DNA from: Tubulanus polymorphus
Lineage: Eukaryota; Animalia; Nemertea
DNA length: 64,000 nt
Reading direction: 5' to 3'
Assembly: GCF_964204645.1 (NCBI RefSeq)
Contig: NC_134028.1
Span: 23,928,345 to 23,992,344 of the forward strand
The notes under the pieces are model-generated. The model made no database searches. It saw only the letters and a list, made by a program, of their open reading frames with translations, and was not told where the DNA came from. Within the stretch, counting starts at the first letter, position 1; every line of letters begins with the position of its first letter. Positions 36,901 to 49,100 of this stretch are shown in pieces. Both the position numbers and the translations under genes were made by a program.

Positions 36901-38535
36901 CTATATAAGTTGTTTCTTTTAAACATGCCCCTGGGCACTGACCTATGATCATTGATCTCAAATTTCAAACTTGTTGAATTTATTTCTCTGTTTATGTCGT
37001 ATCATGAATACTTTAACCTCTTTATGTTTATATTAACAAATCTATTCGGTATTTAGAAAATTCTTTACTGGCGGAAATTATGTGCATGTATAATGCATAC
37101 TGCGATGGTAAACACATTGTCATTTTTTGTTATTCTGAAAACAGGAAGTTGATCTCGCAATTGAAAATTGTATGATGGATGTATTACGCTATTAAACTCA
37201 TTTCACTCGCTGTAGTAGTTTCCGTTCTGCAGTAAGAAAAGCCTTACAATATTACATTTAAAGTACACGACGTGTATTACAGCAGGGAAGTATTACACTT
37301 CCCTGATTACAGGCACCAGCAGCTAAAAGTAGCGCATATTTGCCTTAAAAACTACAGACGACACATGGAACATGGAGTAAAATCGAAGTCCCACAATCAC
37401 GAAGCCGAAAAACTTATGATAACGTATTATGTTGAATTCATCACGCTATCTTAAGTTTTACAGCTTTGTGATTGTGGGGCTTATATTTTACTCATCTTTC
37501 GCGATTCATTGCGAAGTTTTACCTCGTCATCGTACACGGAGAATTACTTTTTTTGTAAAACTGTTCTTCATTCAATCATATTTTAAAGATATATTATACG
37601 TTGATGAAGAAACAGAACCGAACGCCGATTGGACCGGATACCCTGTATTTGAACATCATGCAACGTCCGCAGTTGTACTTCAGACTGTACGATCGTACCG
37701 GCGTCACTAAAAATTGGAAACATCTAGCCGGAATATTGGGTAAGCAGGACGATTTTATAGAAATCGTTCGAATAGTTCGTACAGGATAATTTTAGAAATC
37801 GTTTGAATAGTTCGTACGAAAATTGTTGTCCTTACTTACGGAGAAGTGGTCAATTTTTTACCTGCTTTCCCCCTTGGATGCTAACGTATACCTTACTATT
37901 TGCCCCTTATACAGTAAACCCAACCTTACTCGAAACCTTGATTAATTTGGACAAAAACGAAATAACTTTTCTGGCATCCTTATGTTTTTGCCTATCCTTA
38001 ATTCTCGACTTCGCTTGCCTCGGACCAATTTTGCCAGACCTGTGAGGTTTACTGTACAGTCAAATCTGCTTAATTCATCAAACAATATTTTTGCAGTCTG
38101 GTTCATTAACATTTAAGAAAATTACTTTTGATTAATCCAGATTACCCATAGACTGGATGAACTTTGGAAAGAATGGAGCGGGTTGTACTGTATTTATCTT
38201 TTTGTCGTTCTGTGTGAAGTATCTCTTTGTTTTTAGTTCATTATATATATACGTGTTTGACAGGTTTATCGTGTGAAGTGATTGATCTGATCGAATCCAT
38301 AGCGTTCAACAGCGGATGCTCATTTACTCCTGCAGAATTACTCTTCAATCACTGGCAGTGTTTACACAACAAGTTTCAAAAAACACCGTTCGAACCGAAA
38401 TACTTGTGCACCTTGGACAATTTGAAGCTGATCTTGGCGAAAATGAAACGCTTCGATCTGCTGGACATGTTAAAGGAAACGAAGATTCAGTCGCCGTCGA
38501 AGAAAGGTGAAAGCCATTCGGCGCCCGAGTTATAG
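33901..38535 (+). CDS. Predicted adaptor protein: DOK7-like PH + IRS-type PTB, Pro/Gln/Lys-rich linker, C-terminal death domain (5' end uncertain)
   Basis: Phase-compatible GT-AG exons (33901 or 34001)-34012, 34437-34476, 34582-34860, 35076-36462, 37684-37739, 38264-38535. NFCGI, YQLHLTPYNLAL and FVWSLGDIQQV resemble DOK7 DICGL, ATLHLCNDVLVL and GQWKLSDLRRY. IFKEMAELLYDRTGVTKNWKHLAGILGLS..IDLIE..TPAELLFNHW..TLDNLKLILAKMKRFDLLDML has death-domain patterning. Confidence 0.62.
37912..38054. mobile_element. Tc1/mariner-type MITE
   Basis: TA-CAGTAAACC ... GGTTTACTG-TA. Confidence 0.8.
38057..38190. mobile_element. Second Tc1/mariner-type MITE abutting the first at a shared TA
   Basis: TA-CAGTCAAATCTGCT ... 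AGCGGGTTGTACTG-TA. Confidence 0.65.
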
Positions 38536-39701
38536 CTTTGACATCCCCAGCCAGGAAACATGTTATTCCCACAACCGATGATGTAAAAAAGGATTGCGGG
38601 TTTATAAACTAACAAAAAAAACGTTTAACTCGAACAAACTGGGACCGGCAAAATTGGTCCGAGCTAAGCGCAGAAAGTCCAAATGAAGGATTGGAAAATA
38701 TGTTAGCAGGCCCGTGCCGAGCTTTTTTGAGGGGTAGTTCTATTTCAAGAAATAATTGGGACTTTTTACCACGAAAAGGGCCACTTTCCTGAAGAAAAAG
38801 GACAGCTCTTAAATACGAAGATTTCGTATTACTGCCCGAGTACCTGAATAAATTATTTGAGATTTTCAATTTCCATTAAAAAACATAAGTATTGTATCTA
38901 AATTTCGAAAAGTCTTGACCCAAATTTTAGGTAGTTCTGTCGCTACCCCATCGGCTCGGGCCAGTTTAGAAGGGCAGAAAATGATTTTGTTTTGTTTCCG
39001 AGTTGGTCAAAATTCCGAGTTAGCCATGCCCATAAACGCTGTAAATGTAATCACACGTAGATACAAATCAAATGTTTATTTATAAACAACTCGGAAAACG
39101 GCATTTGTAAATCACTTGTATGTACAAACATATATAAATTCATGAATATTGGATAAACTTCTTCTTGCGACGTTTCAATATTGTTTACTTCTCTTCAAAA
39201 ATCCAATAGCTAAGTAGAAAAGAGAAAATCCGTGTGTTATAAACTGTATGTAGACGTTGAAGTATGTAAAGCATATTGTGGGTCGATGATGATAACCAGC
39301 GCGGAAATGACTTACCAATTGAGGAAGTATTTTTTCGAAATGTTCAATGTCCACAACAGGGGAAGATTCGTGCTGAAAATAGAATATATACTATATGCAT
39401 TTACGTGTACAATTGAATACAATATATATTTCTTCAATGTGTTTACGGTTTATCATAAAACAATGTACATGTCCAAACTGTAAAGTCTGGATTACGGATA
39501 ACGCCTGATGAACACTGGGTATCGATCCACGTTGTAAATATATTAGAAAAGTCCCACGCTCGGAAAGAAACACGTGTCCCAAAAACGGTTTCTTTTAATG
39601 ATATATTTTTGATATTTCGACTATATGATAAAAAACCACTTCTGTTCTTGGTTGTATGTATATTTCATAATTTTGTTTTAACTTTATTCAACCTGAAGAT
39701 G

Positions 39702-39899
39702 CAGGGCCATACCTAGCATTTAAAATTCGAGTGGGGCGCATTTAAAAGCCCAAAAAGGGCAGTCCCCTAAAGTAAAAAACTGGTACAGAAGATTCGTAAA
39801 CGAAGTTCTACTGTATTACGACTTTTCTCATATACCCACAAAAAGAGAGCAGTTTCCAAAATTTCAGGGGGTGAGCTGCCCACGCTATGTGCAGCCCTG
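39702..39899. mobile_element. 198-bp non-autonomous element with a 5-bp target-site duplication, nested in an older foldback
   Basis: AGATG|CAGGGCCATACCTAGC ... GCTATGTGCAGCCCTG|AGATG; removing it restores the host repeat motif also seen at ~7011-7045 and ~15953-15985. Confidence 0.8.
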
Positions 39900-40564
39900 A
39901 GATGGCTGTTAGGATAAAGTTAAAATGTCAAAAATAAATCATTAACTTATGATAAAGCAACCCTTTCAATTCTTTTTAATCGGAGTTATGGACATTTTAT
40001 CCCAAAAATTTTAAGCTTCAGGAAAATATGTAAATAGAATTATCTTTTTTGAATGTTTATTCTAGACGAAAATACAAATAAACAAATGATGAATAATCAT
40101 GAAAATTTTTTTGTTAGATTGTTTTTTTGTGTATTAGTCACCTTAGCTCGTTGAGCTGCTCTAGCTGCGCCTTCTGTAAAAAATAAGAAAAATAACTATA
40201 GCTCCAATTCACAGATGCCTAAAACTGCTTCAGAGAAATCCAATCAATCATCGAGGATGATCATTCATAAATTACCCCTGGCAAAAATTCGGAGAACTTC
40301 ACAAGTTAGTTTCAGAGTATCCTGACCAACTGAAAGACAAAAATTTAAAAATCATTAGTGTTTGAATGATAAAAGGCATTCAAATTGCAAGTGGGATATG
40401 TCAATTGAAAAGATAGTTCTGTTAAACATGGACTCTTAAACGATTTAGAGTCCAAGGTTAAACTTTGCAGGATTGATCCAAAGTAAACAGCGAGATGACA
40501 AACTACGACAAACTTAGTTGCAAATGGGATCAGCAGGCATGGATAGGGAGCCGCCGTCAGATTA

Positions 40565-41060
40565 ATGTCTATTTCAACCTGACTTGAGAGCATTCCGGGT
40601 GGCCTAGCTCGCTCATTTTTGGTAGTACATACCTGATAAAGGTCTTAATAGGACCAGAAAGGACAGGCAGTCGACCTAAATCATCATTTTTTAATCCATT
40701 TGAAACTGTATTGAAGGATATCCAAAAAATCTTCAATGAAAGGGGTTAAATGAAGAGAAGTGAATCCATGATTTGAAAGTTTAACAATATGTTTCCATGC
40801 CTACATATCAAATTTCAGTTGGTAGGCATGGAGACATATTGTTAAACTTTCAAATCATGGAGTCTCTTTTCTCTCAGAAACCCCTCTCAATGCAGATTTT
40901 TTGGATATCCTTCAATACAGTTTCAAATGGATTAAAAATGATGATTTAGGTCGACTGCCAATGCATTCTGGTCCTAATAAGACTTTAATCAGGTATGTAC
41001 CACCACAACTGACTGAGCTAGGCCACCCTGTATGCTCTCAAGTCAGGTTGAAATAGACAT
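40565..41060. mobile_element. ~500-bp foldback/MITE with ~240-bp arms and a ~17-nt loop
   Basis: TA-ATGTCTATTTCAACCTGACTTGAGAGCAT ... ATGCTCTCAAGTCAGGTTGAAATAGACAT-TA; arms are complementary up to CCATGCCTAC / GTAGGCATGG at ~40795-40831. Confidence 0.92.
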
Positions 41061-41126
41061 TAGTCTAGTACCTAGCCGTCGTTCCCCAAACAAGGGAACC
41101 CGTAACAACGACTGGTATTCTGACTA
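41061..41126 (+). repeat. ~65-bp hairpin mini-element; an inverted second copy is at 24527-24588
   Basis: gtctagtacctagccgtcgttcc..aagggaacc.gtaacaacgactggt.ttc.gacta is present at both sites; the 24527 copy interrupts the larger repeat at 24389-24645. Confidence 0.8.
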
Positions 41127-43171
41127 CCGTCAGACATGTCAGACTTTCGTACTCACTTTTAGTTTTTTCATCTTTGAATTGATTTTTCAATATCTTCTGA
41201 ATCGTAGCCTGTAAAAATCAAAGGAATATAATGAGGTTGTGGCAAACTATTCCCGCTACCAAGAAAATATGCTGTGACTGGCTGTGATTGTACAATTCGA
41301 GACAAAAAAGCAAAGAAATACCTGTTTGAAACTAGCGCCCGAATCAGCTGCCATTTTATTTCCGGGTCGATGTCCTTGAGCGATCGCAAGAATGAAATGA
41401 AGATGGGAGTGAGACTGATGTCGAATCCCGAAAATAAGTCATTTTTAATCACTTGCCAGCGGAAGACAACCATTGACGCGGACGGCGCGCGCCAGGTTCC
41501 CACTAAAATTCACCATAACTCCCTGAAACAAACGCGGATTACTTTCGACGGTTCGTAATGCCCCTGGGTTTGGTTGATAAACAATTCTTAAGTTAATAAG
41601 TAAAACACACAATTGATGATTAGACCATTTATTTTCTGACAGTTTTCGACAGTGGACAAACTCGGACTCGGAGAAACCAAATAATAGACATATATGTACG
41701 GAAGAAAAGTTAACTCAAGTAGGTCCTAGGCCTACATCAAACACATTGTCCCTCTCTAGTAGATCACCCTGCTCACATTTTACAACTAGCCCACAAAAAG
41801 GCCAGGTAATTTCTTTAGAAACACTAATGAGATAAATAACCGCAGTATACCATAGTCACAATTCATGAAGCTTTTTAACCCTTGGGGTTGAGTTCACAGT
41901 TGATGTGAGTCCCCCAAGTGATTAAGAATAAAATTGCGCATTCAGCCAAGCCAACAATTACGCTAGAGAGCTAAAATTTCATAAGTGTAATAACTTTCTG
42001 ATCATGTGCATGTATCAAAATGTTTCATTACTTTACTTTACTTTATTTTACAAACTCTTGGTCTTAATACAAAGACAATTCGAGTGATACAGTATACATA
42101 AAAATAAATACATTATATATGACTTCTAGTAGATAGATACATGATTAAATATCGATTTGCATGTGAGCTGTTAATTGAAAAATTTCATAATTCTACCAAC
42201 AAAAATACACGGTTTATGAAGTTCGGCTCTATCTTAAGTTTGCATTAATAATTTATACCGTGAACATCACCGGCGCTCAAAAAATCTAATTGTAATGATC
42301 ACATACTCGACTTTGCATTGCCAGTCATTATTTTCGACACAATGAGGCACGCAGTCTATTGGGAACTTTACAAGTACTCGCGATGAAAATTCGCGGAACA
42401 CTTGAACTATATATCCAGTTACTTTACAAACCTCATCACAAAAAAAGATAAGAACTTGACGTCAGCCGATTATTGCATAAAGTTTTTTTCTTGGTCTAAA
42501 GTAACAAAAAACTAAAAGTTCCTAGAACATCAGTACCATACGAGTAGGTTATTGATAATACGGATGCTGCGTCAAATTTGAATGAATAAAATGATTCAGA
42601 ATTAAAAACAGCGAATTCTCGTAAGTTGTTTTCTTCTACGATTTGAAAAGCGGTTTTCGGTTCTATTCAGGATTTATCACTGCGCATGTATGCTTCGGAT
42701 AATCCCTGATTTACTATTGTCCGCAAAACCGCGGCCGGACTTCATTTGCCGAGCGTCAGATTTATCAATAAGCCGCCTTAACACTTGACATATACTATTA
42801 TAATAATCAAATTCGAGTGGATCGAAGAGGTCAGGATTCGACAAAAGAAACATTCTTTATCAGGCGCATGAATTGGACTAAAACTAGGGGTTAACGGGTG
42901 ACAACAAATACTGCGGCTTCACTACTGACTACAACAACGCGTTGACTATTCCCCGTTACTCGTGTATCGCCAGAGAACGCGGTGTAAGCTGGGAGCTTGA
43001 AGTTAATTAGTTGCTTAGTCGGAAAGCAGGGGAGAGTTTTAGTTGAGAGAGTAGTTTGCACGCGCGCCGTGATCGGGTTGGACACGGTAGAATGACTCGT
43101 GAAGCCGTCGTTCAGTAGGTTACCGAACAATCGAGACGCATCGCTGGCCCAGTTTCACACGAAGGATCACG

Positions 43172-46100
43172 ATGATGCTAAACGCCCAGCTGATAGTATG
43201 CTTCTGTAGCCTGCTAGCGAAAACTTACGGATATCAAGGAGGCCTGGTTCCCGGACCGGTTGAAGGATATCAATCCGATGGAAACCCGATCAGGGCATCG
43301 ATGGACAAATATATGGACCCTTGTAAAGCGGGTAAGAATCTATATATATATATAATCAATGTATCGAAAAGTCATTAAATTATTTGGTTGTAAAACTTTC
43401 AGAAATTCTAAAAAATTACTAATCGACGCTTCTGCATTTCGAGAACGTATCATAAGATTAGTTGAAGTGTAAAACCTTGGAAATTGGCGTCATCATTGTA
43501 TCAGAACCAAGCTGCTACGTATTTGGTACAAAAACATGTTGTCTTTTTATTGGCCCGCAAAAATGGAACAAATAGCTACAATGCCGTCTGGTACAATACG
43601 CATTTTATAGTGCAGCGAGAGGCCGCGTCGTTGCGTTGGTCCATCGTGTCGAATCTAGGCACAACTCTATTCTACATCTCGACAATATTGATACAAAAAC
43701 TTTTTCATTAAACCGCTGGAAACCGTGTCAAAAGGCAATTATACGCCGCACTTCGTTCAATCTAACCATCTATTTATTACCAGCAGATCCTCGATTATTC
43801 TGCTTGTCAACTACTACGACGCCTACTAATAACTATAGTTTGTTGTTGGAAGACGATTGTAAGTTGCAAAAGGGGAGAATCAAGAAGAAGGACATCGCCA
43901 CGCCCGTGTATATCGGGTTGAATAGACTTTTGAGGTTTTCATGAGACATTCAGAGTAGTATTACGATGACTAGGGGTCCCGCTTCGCCTTAGTTGTTTGT
44001 CATCGTCTTTAGTTTTGATGACTAGCATAATCAGTGGCTATAGTGAATTACTCTTTTCGTTTGGCATTAAGGATTTGGGAACATATGAGTCAAAGTAACC
44101 TCCACTTCTAAATGACTCATTTTATTTATCAGATTGAGCGCATTTTGAAACTTTCCATTTTCCGCAACTCGATTGAGCTGTTATCCCGGCTTACGGCATT
44201 TTTAGTAGCTTTTACAAAGGGTGGAAGTAACTTTCAGACGCAGGTTTCAAAGGGCATATCATATTATCTCAATGTCTCGCCTACTGTATACAGCCTTTCA
44301 ATCACTAAATCCCGCCTCTCTGGAGCAATACGTCGATAACGATAAAAAGTAATTGAAGCTAAACCGAAGAACCGCAATATTTAACGATTACTAGATTATT
44401 ATAAGGCTGTAAAGCGCCACACGCAATCGCTTGCATTTCGTATCAAAGACCACGATTTCATTCCAGGTCTCTCTTAGTCGGAGAACACTGCAAAATCAAT
44501 TTTTGATTATGGAATATATATGTATGCATAATATTTATAGACACATCAACGTCTTGTTTATATACGCAAGCGCTGTCGTTCTAAGAAGTAATATATATAA
44601 TGTACATAACGAGAGAGATACGTGTATTTGTATTAAGATATGGGTTAGGTCGTAATATATATTGCTAGGCAAAATGAGCGTTTTTATTTTTATTCGGTAA
44701 TAACAATGATTTTGGGACGATCTGGTGTTATTGTTAATGTATCTGTCGAAGTTGCGTTTCGATTGACAGACTAAAGCAAAACGGGGTTTGGTATATGAAC
44801 TGTAACCCGTATCCCCGCTCCGAAACTCTATCCGGCTTCGAAAGCCCTAATTTTTCACATTCTTTAAGGCAAATCATAACCGAGTTCTGTTAGATATAGA
44901 ATATTAACGGTGCTACGTTTCTCGGAATACTTGAAGAGATCACGTGTACTTGTAGGAAGTTCCGTCCTCGCCTCCCACACGACGAGTCCCAGGCGAAATC
45001 CCCGTGTCGTTGCATTTCAATTTATACCAATAATACTATCATCAATCCATTTCCTGGACAACCCTGTGAAGTGGCGTATATGTATTGCTTGGTACGGTGC
45101 CAGATATTTCTACAAAGCTACGTATACTAAAGGGAAACATCTCCAGATGATAATATCATTAACTATTGTTCAGCGCTATTCAATAAATTAGAATATTGTC
45201 AATGACTTCAGTAAGAACTGCGCCGTAAATTCGATTTTCTCAGGCTACGACTGGCTCCAATACGCAGCATTCCGACTCGAAATTACCTTACGTAGCGAAA
45301 GTGCTTCGGTGGAGTCACCACATCATCCGTAAATTCTTTCGAATTACTTTTCCTGTATAACGGAAAACGTTCAAAAAGAAGGTTCCGTTGGTCGGTAAGA
45401 TCCACGTTCCTGTGGTATCTGCTTTTTCCCCCGTGGGCAAAAGGAAATATTTTCGCTGCCGCGAGTCGACTAGCTTGAGCTTGTATGCAAGTTATGATCG
45501 AATGCCCAAAAGCGCGAACTGTCAAAATCATCTGCTTCTTGCCGGGAGAATGAGCATCCATTAAACTATTGAAGGAGGTAATGGATTATTACAACATGGC
45601 TTTACAAAGTGTCCTCAACAAATAACATCAGCATTCTGCAGTCAAAATCTCATAGTTATTCTAAGCACATCGAAATTACGAAGTATTAAAATATTGCGGT
45701 TATACTTTTGCTGACTCATCTGCTATATTTATAAACTCTTCTTTTGGAATCTATTTGATGCGTTTCTTTCTGTCTGCTTGAGGTTTTACGCGCCAGTACC
45801 CAGCACCTAAACTGCAGCATGTGATGTGCATATGTTTTTCGGTGCGCTTATGGTTTCTTTTGTTGCCGATATTAACGACTTCCCCGGAGACTCGTTTGTC
45901 AATGAAACGGCATTAAATTGCCTTCAAAGTGACGATATATCGGCGACCTTTTCCATAAAACTACCCCTGTAATTGTTAAACCTGCCGGGTATGATATGCC
46001 GCTGCTACTGACTGCCCCCCGTAGCTCTGAATTAGTCCTCCGTTAATTATCCATCGATGATCTATTTGATCGTTAGAGGTAGAAAATGACTCAATAGTAC

Positions 46101-49100
46101 TTCCGACTATTCCGAGCATTGTGCTTTCCCCTTTTTATTTCAAACGATAATTTGCTTAGACTCTGATGGATATTTGCCAAAATATGCTTTGAAGTTTAAC
46201 CAGTCGTGCTGCGATAGTTCCCAAAAAAGAATTATCAGGGACCAGTGCTGAGCTTTTGTTGAAGAATGTTCAAGCTTACGGGACTGAACTTGCTTCTTTG
46301 AGCTCGTAGATATGGCAGATTACACATAAGGCGTAGTTGTTATGTAATGTTTCGAGGGCAATAGAATACGTTTTGCAAACTTACGTTTTCCAGACTTTCA
46401 AATATTCGATTACGCAGTTGTTAAAACAGACGATTTTACAACGGGCGATTTGTCAAACACTAACAACACGAATCGTTCAAAAACAGCTTGATAAAATAAA
46501 CATCTTCCGCCAGGTTATTGTTAACATTAAACAGTTTACGTATTGGTTACGTCACACGAGTCCTAGCCGAGAAAAAAGACTGAACCTTTCAATGTGTTAT
46601 TTTCCATCATAAGTTAAGACGCTTTTTGCGCGAAAACAGTTGAACCCATCGTGAACAATACTTGCTTACCGACCGATCATAAACATTTATCATTTCGGGC
46701 GTTGATGCACGTAGACCCCCACGATTTAGCAATTTAACTAAATCCATGATAATGGATGTGGTAAACCACGAAAAGGAAGATTTTTAAGGTTCGAAAGCTC
46801 GCACTCGCATCCTGCACTAGATAAAGACTATCTAGGCCCCTAAAGACCAATGCACACGACGCAGCATGGCAACGCTGAAACAGGAAACAGAAAAGTGTTT
46901 CCGAGCTTTCCTTGCGCCGTTTGTGTTTATTCCTGGAACGAGAAACGTGGTTTCGGGAACAACAACAACGTTTCCGAGATCAAACATGTTTGTTTCGGTT
47001 TTTCAGCGTTTCCCTTATGCGTCGTATGCGTTGGGCTTAAGATGCATGAATTGTCATTTATATCGTCTTAAAACAAGAAATGAAACTGACGTATGAAACA
47101 AACTATTTTTCTAGGTGGCTACATGGGAGATATCGCCTTATCGGACGCTGAATTCGAAACAGCGCGCGAAGTTTTCGGCGAGGAGACGGACGCCATAGCA
47201 GCCGAACGAAAGGCAAAAAAACTTATCATGGGATCATCGCCAGTTGTTGTTCATAAGAAAACGAACAGCGTGATTCCTCATAATATCAGAATCGATGTAA
47301 ATAGTGTAAATGAGAACAAATATACTCGAGTTAGTCAAGAATCTGATGATATTAAAATCAGTTCACCTCACAGACGGCGGCGTCAACGGAAATTAACTTC
47401 GCGACGACAGATACGCGAACTGAGGAGTAGATTAAGGTAACTTGCCGATTGGTTTTTCATTTCTGTCTCAAAAAGAGCTCGTTTGTTTGACAAGTTGGGA
47501 AATTACAAGCGCCATGAAGTTAATTAACGAAAGCGGAACCCCCGACGTCCATTGATTTCTACAAAAATCGAAAATAAAAGTATGCACATGTTTAAAATCA
47601 CCAACAACAAAAAAATAAAATCCACCCCAAATTTAGAATTCTAATCACATGAATATCGTTTGAACCGAATGTGATTGATTAAAGTGATAGAATCTCGCGA
47701 CTGAAGTCAGAATTTATGGCTTGCCGTTTGCGTAAGGCAAAGCTGCCGAACAACCAATTTCTACTAATCATTTCCAAGTGAATCCTGTGTAATTAGCTTT
47801 TAATTGGATTTAAGTAAACTACACAAGCGAACCGTGGATGCTGTTACGAAAAACGTATCAAATCAACCGAATCTCTTTATAAATCTCTTTAAACGCTATC
47901 TTCGCCGTACGCAATTTGCCGTTATGTGTTAAGTTGTTGGTTGAAACTATTTCTTGGCATACCGCCTGATAACAGCGATAAACTGTTGAAGAAAGACGTT
48001 CGGTTTTTATGTAGTAAAAATTGCACTAACACACGTCGCTATCCGTAGCCCTTAGTTTATATTACATGTTCGCGTAATTTAAGGATACAAAAGCGAGTTC
48101 AATCGTTTATTTAACAACATCATCTTTTCGCCTAGAGACAAGAAACATTTTATCCATCTCGAATGATGCCAGACGTGAATCACTTTTTAAACGGTTGATA
48201 TGTGTCGATACAACATCTACAAAATATATTATCAGGCAAGAGAAACTAACCAAAGTCAGTTGCTTGCTAGTTCAGGGCTGGATGGAAGATTTTTATTCGA
48301 ATAGGAACCGAAATTTCCAATTTACTTCGATTTATACCAAATAAGCGTCAAAGAAATTCAAATAAATCAGAGGGACAATCCCTATTGATAAAAATAAAAA
48401 TAAAGATACACGAGAATTATTTCTTGAATAAATCATGGCTCCTTTAGGAAAATGTCTCTAATGTGTAAGAAATTCATGATGGTTTCAATAAGTGGAAGTT
48501 TAATGGGTGGATCCAATGAATAATCTGGCCAACTAGGGTTTTAGGAAGTCACATACATTGTACACAAGAGCAACGAAGAAGCAACTAGTGTTTTTCATAT
48601 ACAGTTGTTTTTCAGACGTGACAGAAACGACGCCCAAAAAGAACATATACGAACACGCCGCGCGGCTACTGCTCATCCCGAGAGACTCTGGGAGTACGGA
48701 GTCATACCGTACGAAATTGAATCGAATTTCAGTGGTATTTATTTACTTTTTTCCACAGCCGCATCCATATAAAAAAATCGGTCGATCTGATCTGAATATT
48801 TTTGTTCCTCATGCGTTGATATGATTTGTTTTTGATTGCGTTTCAGGTCAACACAAAGCTTTGTTTAAACAAGCGATGCGACACTGGGAAAATTTTACGT
48901 GCATCACATTCGTGGAAAGAACACCGCAAGATTTTAATTATATTATATTCACGGAAAGGCCATGCGGGTAAGTACCGACCCAATCTATACCTTTTGGGTT
49001 TATTTATACACGCGCTGTGATGGGGAAACCGATGTTAACCGCATACTTCCGATTGTTAACCGCATATTCCTGATGTAAATAAAAATCTGCAATTGAACAA

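Noticed and set aside
37601-38535. Stand-alone death-domain-only gene starting MKKQNRTP
   Set aside because: Not excluded, but the in-frame splice from 36462 supplies a better helix 1 and uses a perfect donor, so the fused model was preferred.
39504-39580. Hammerhead ribozyme (CTGATGA ... GAAACACGTGTC)
   Set aside because: Core words are present but neither stem I nor the stem II closing pair forms.
40345-41214. Two ORFs both starting MLSSQVEIDI on opposite strands
   Set aside because: They are the mirror arms of the 500-bp foldback element.
41168-46612. Numerous 60-110-aa ORFs upstream of and within tolloid intron 1
   Set aside because: Mostly non-ATG starts with no motifs or splice-consistent models; expected by chance.
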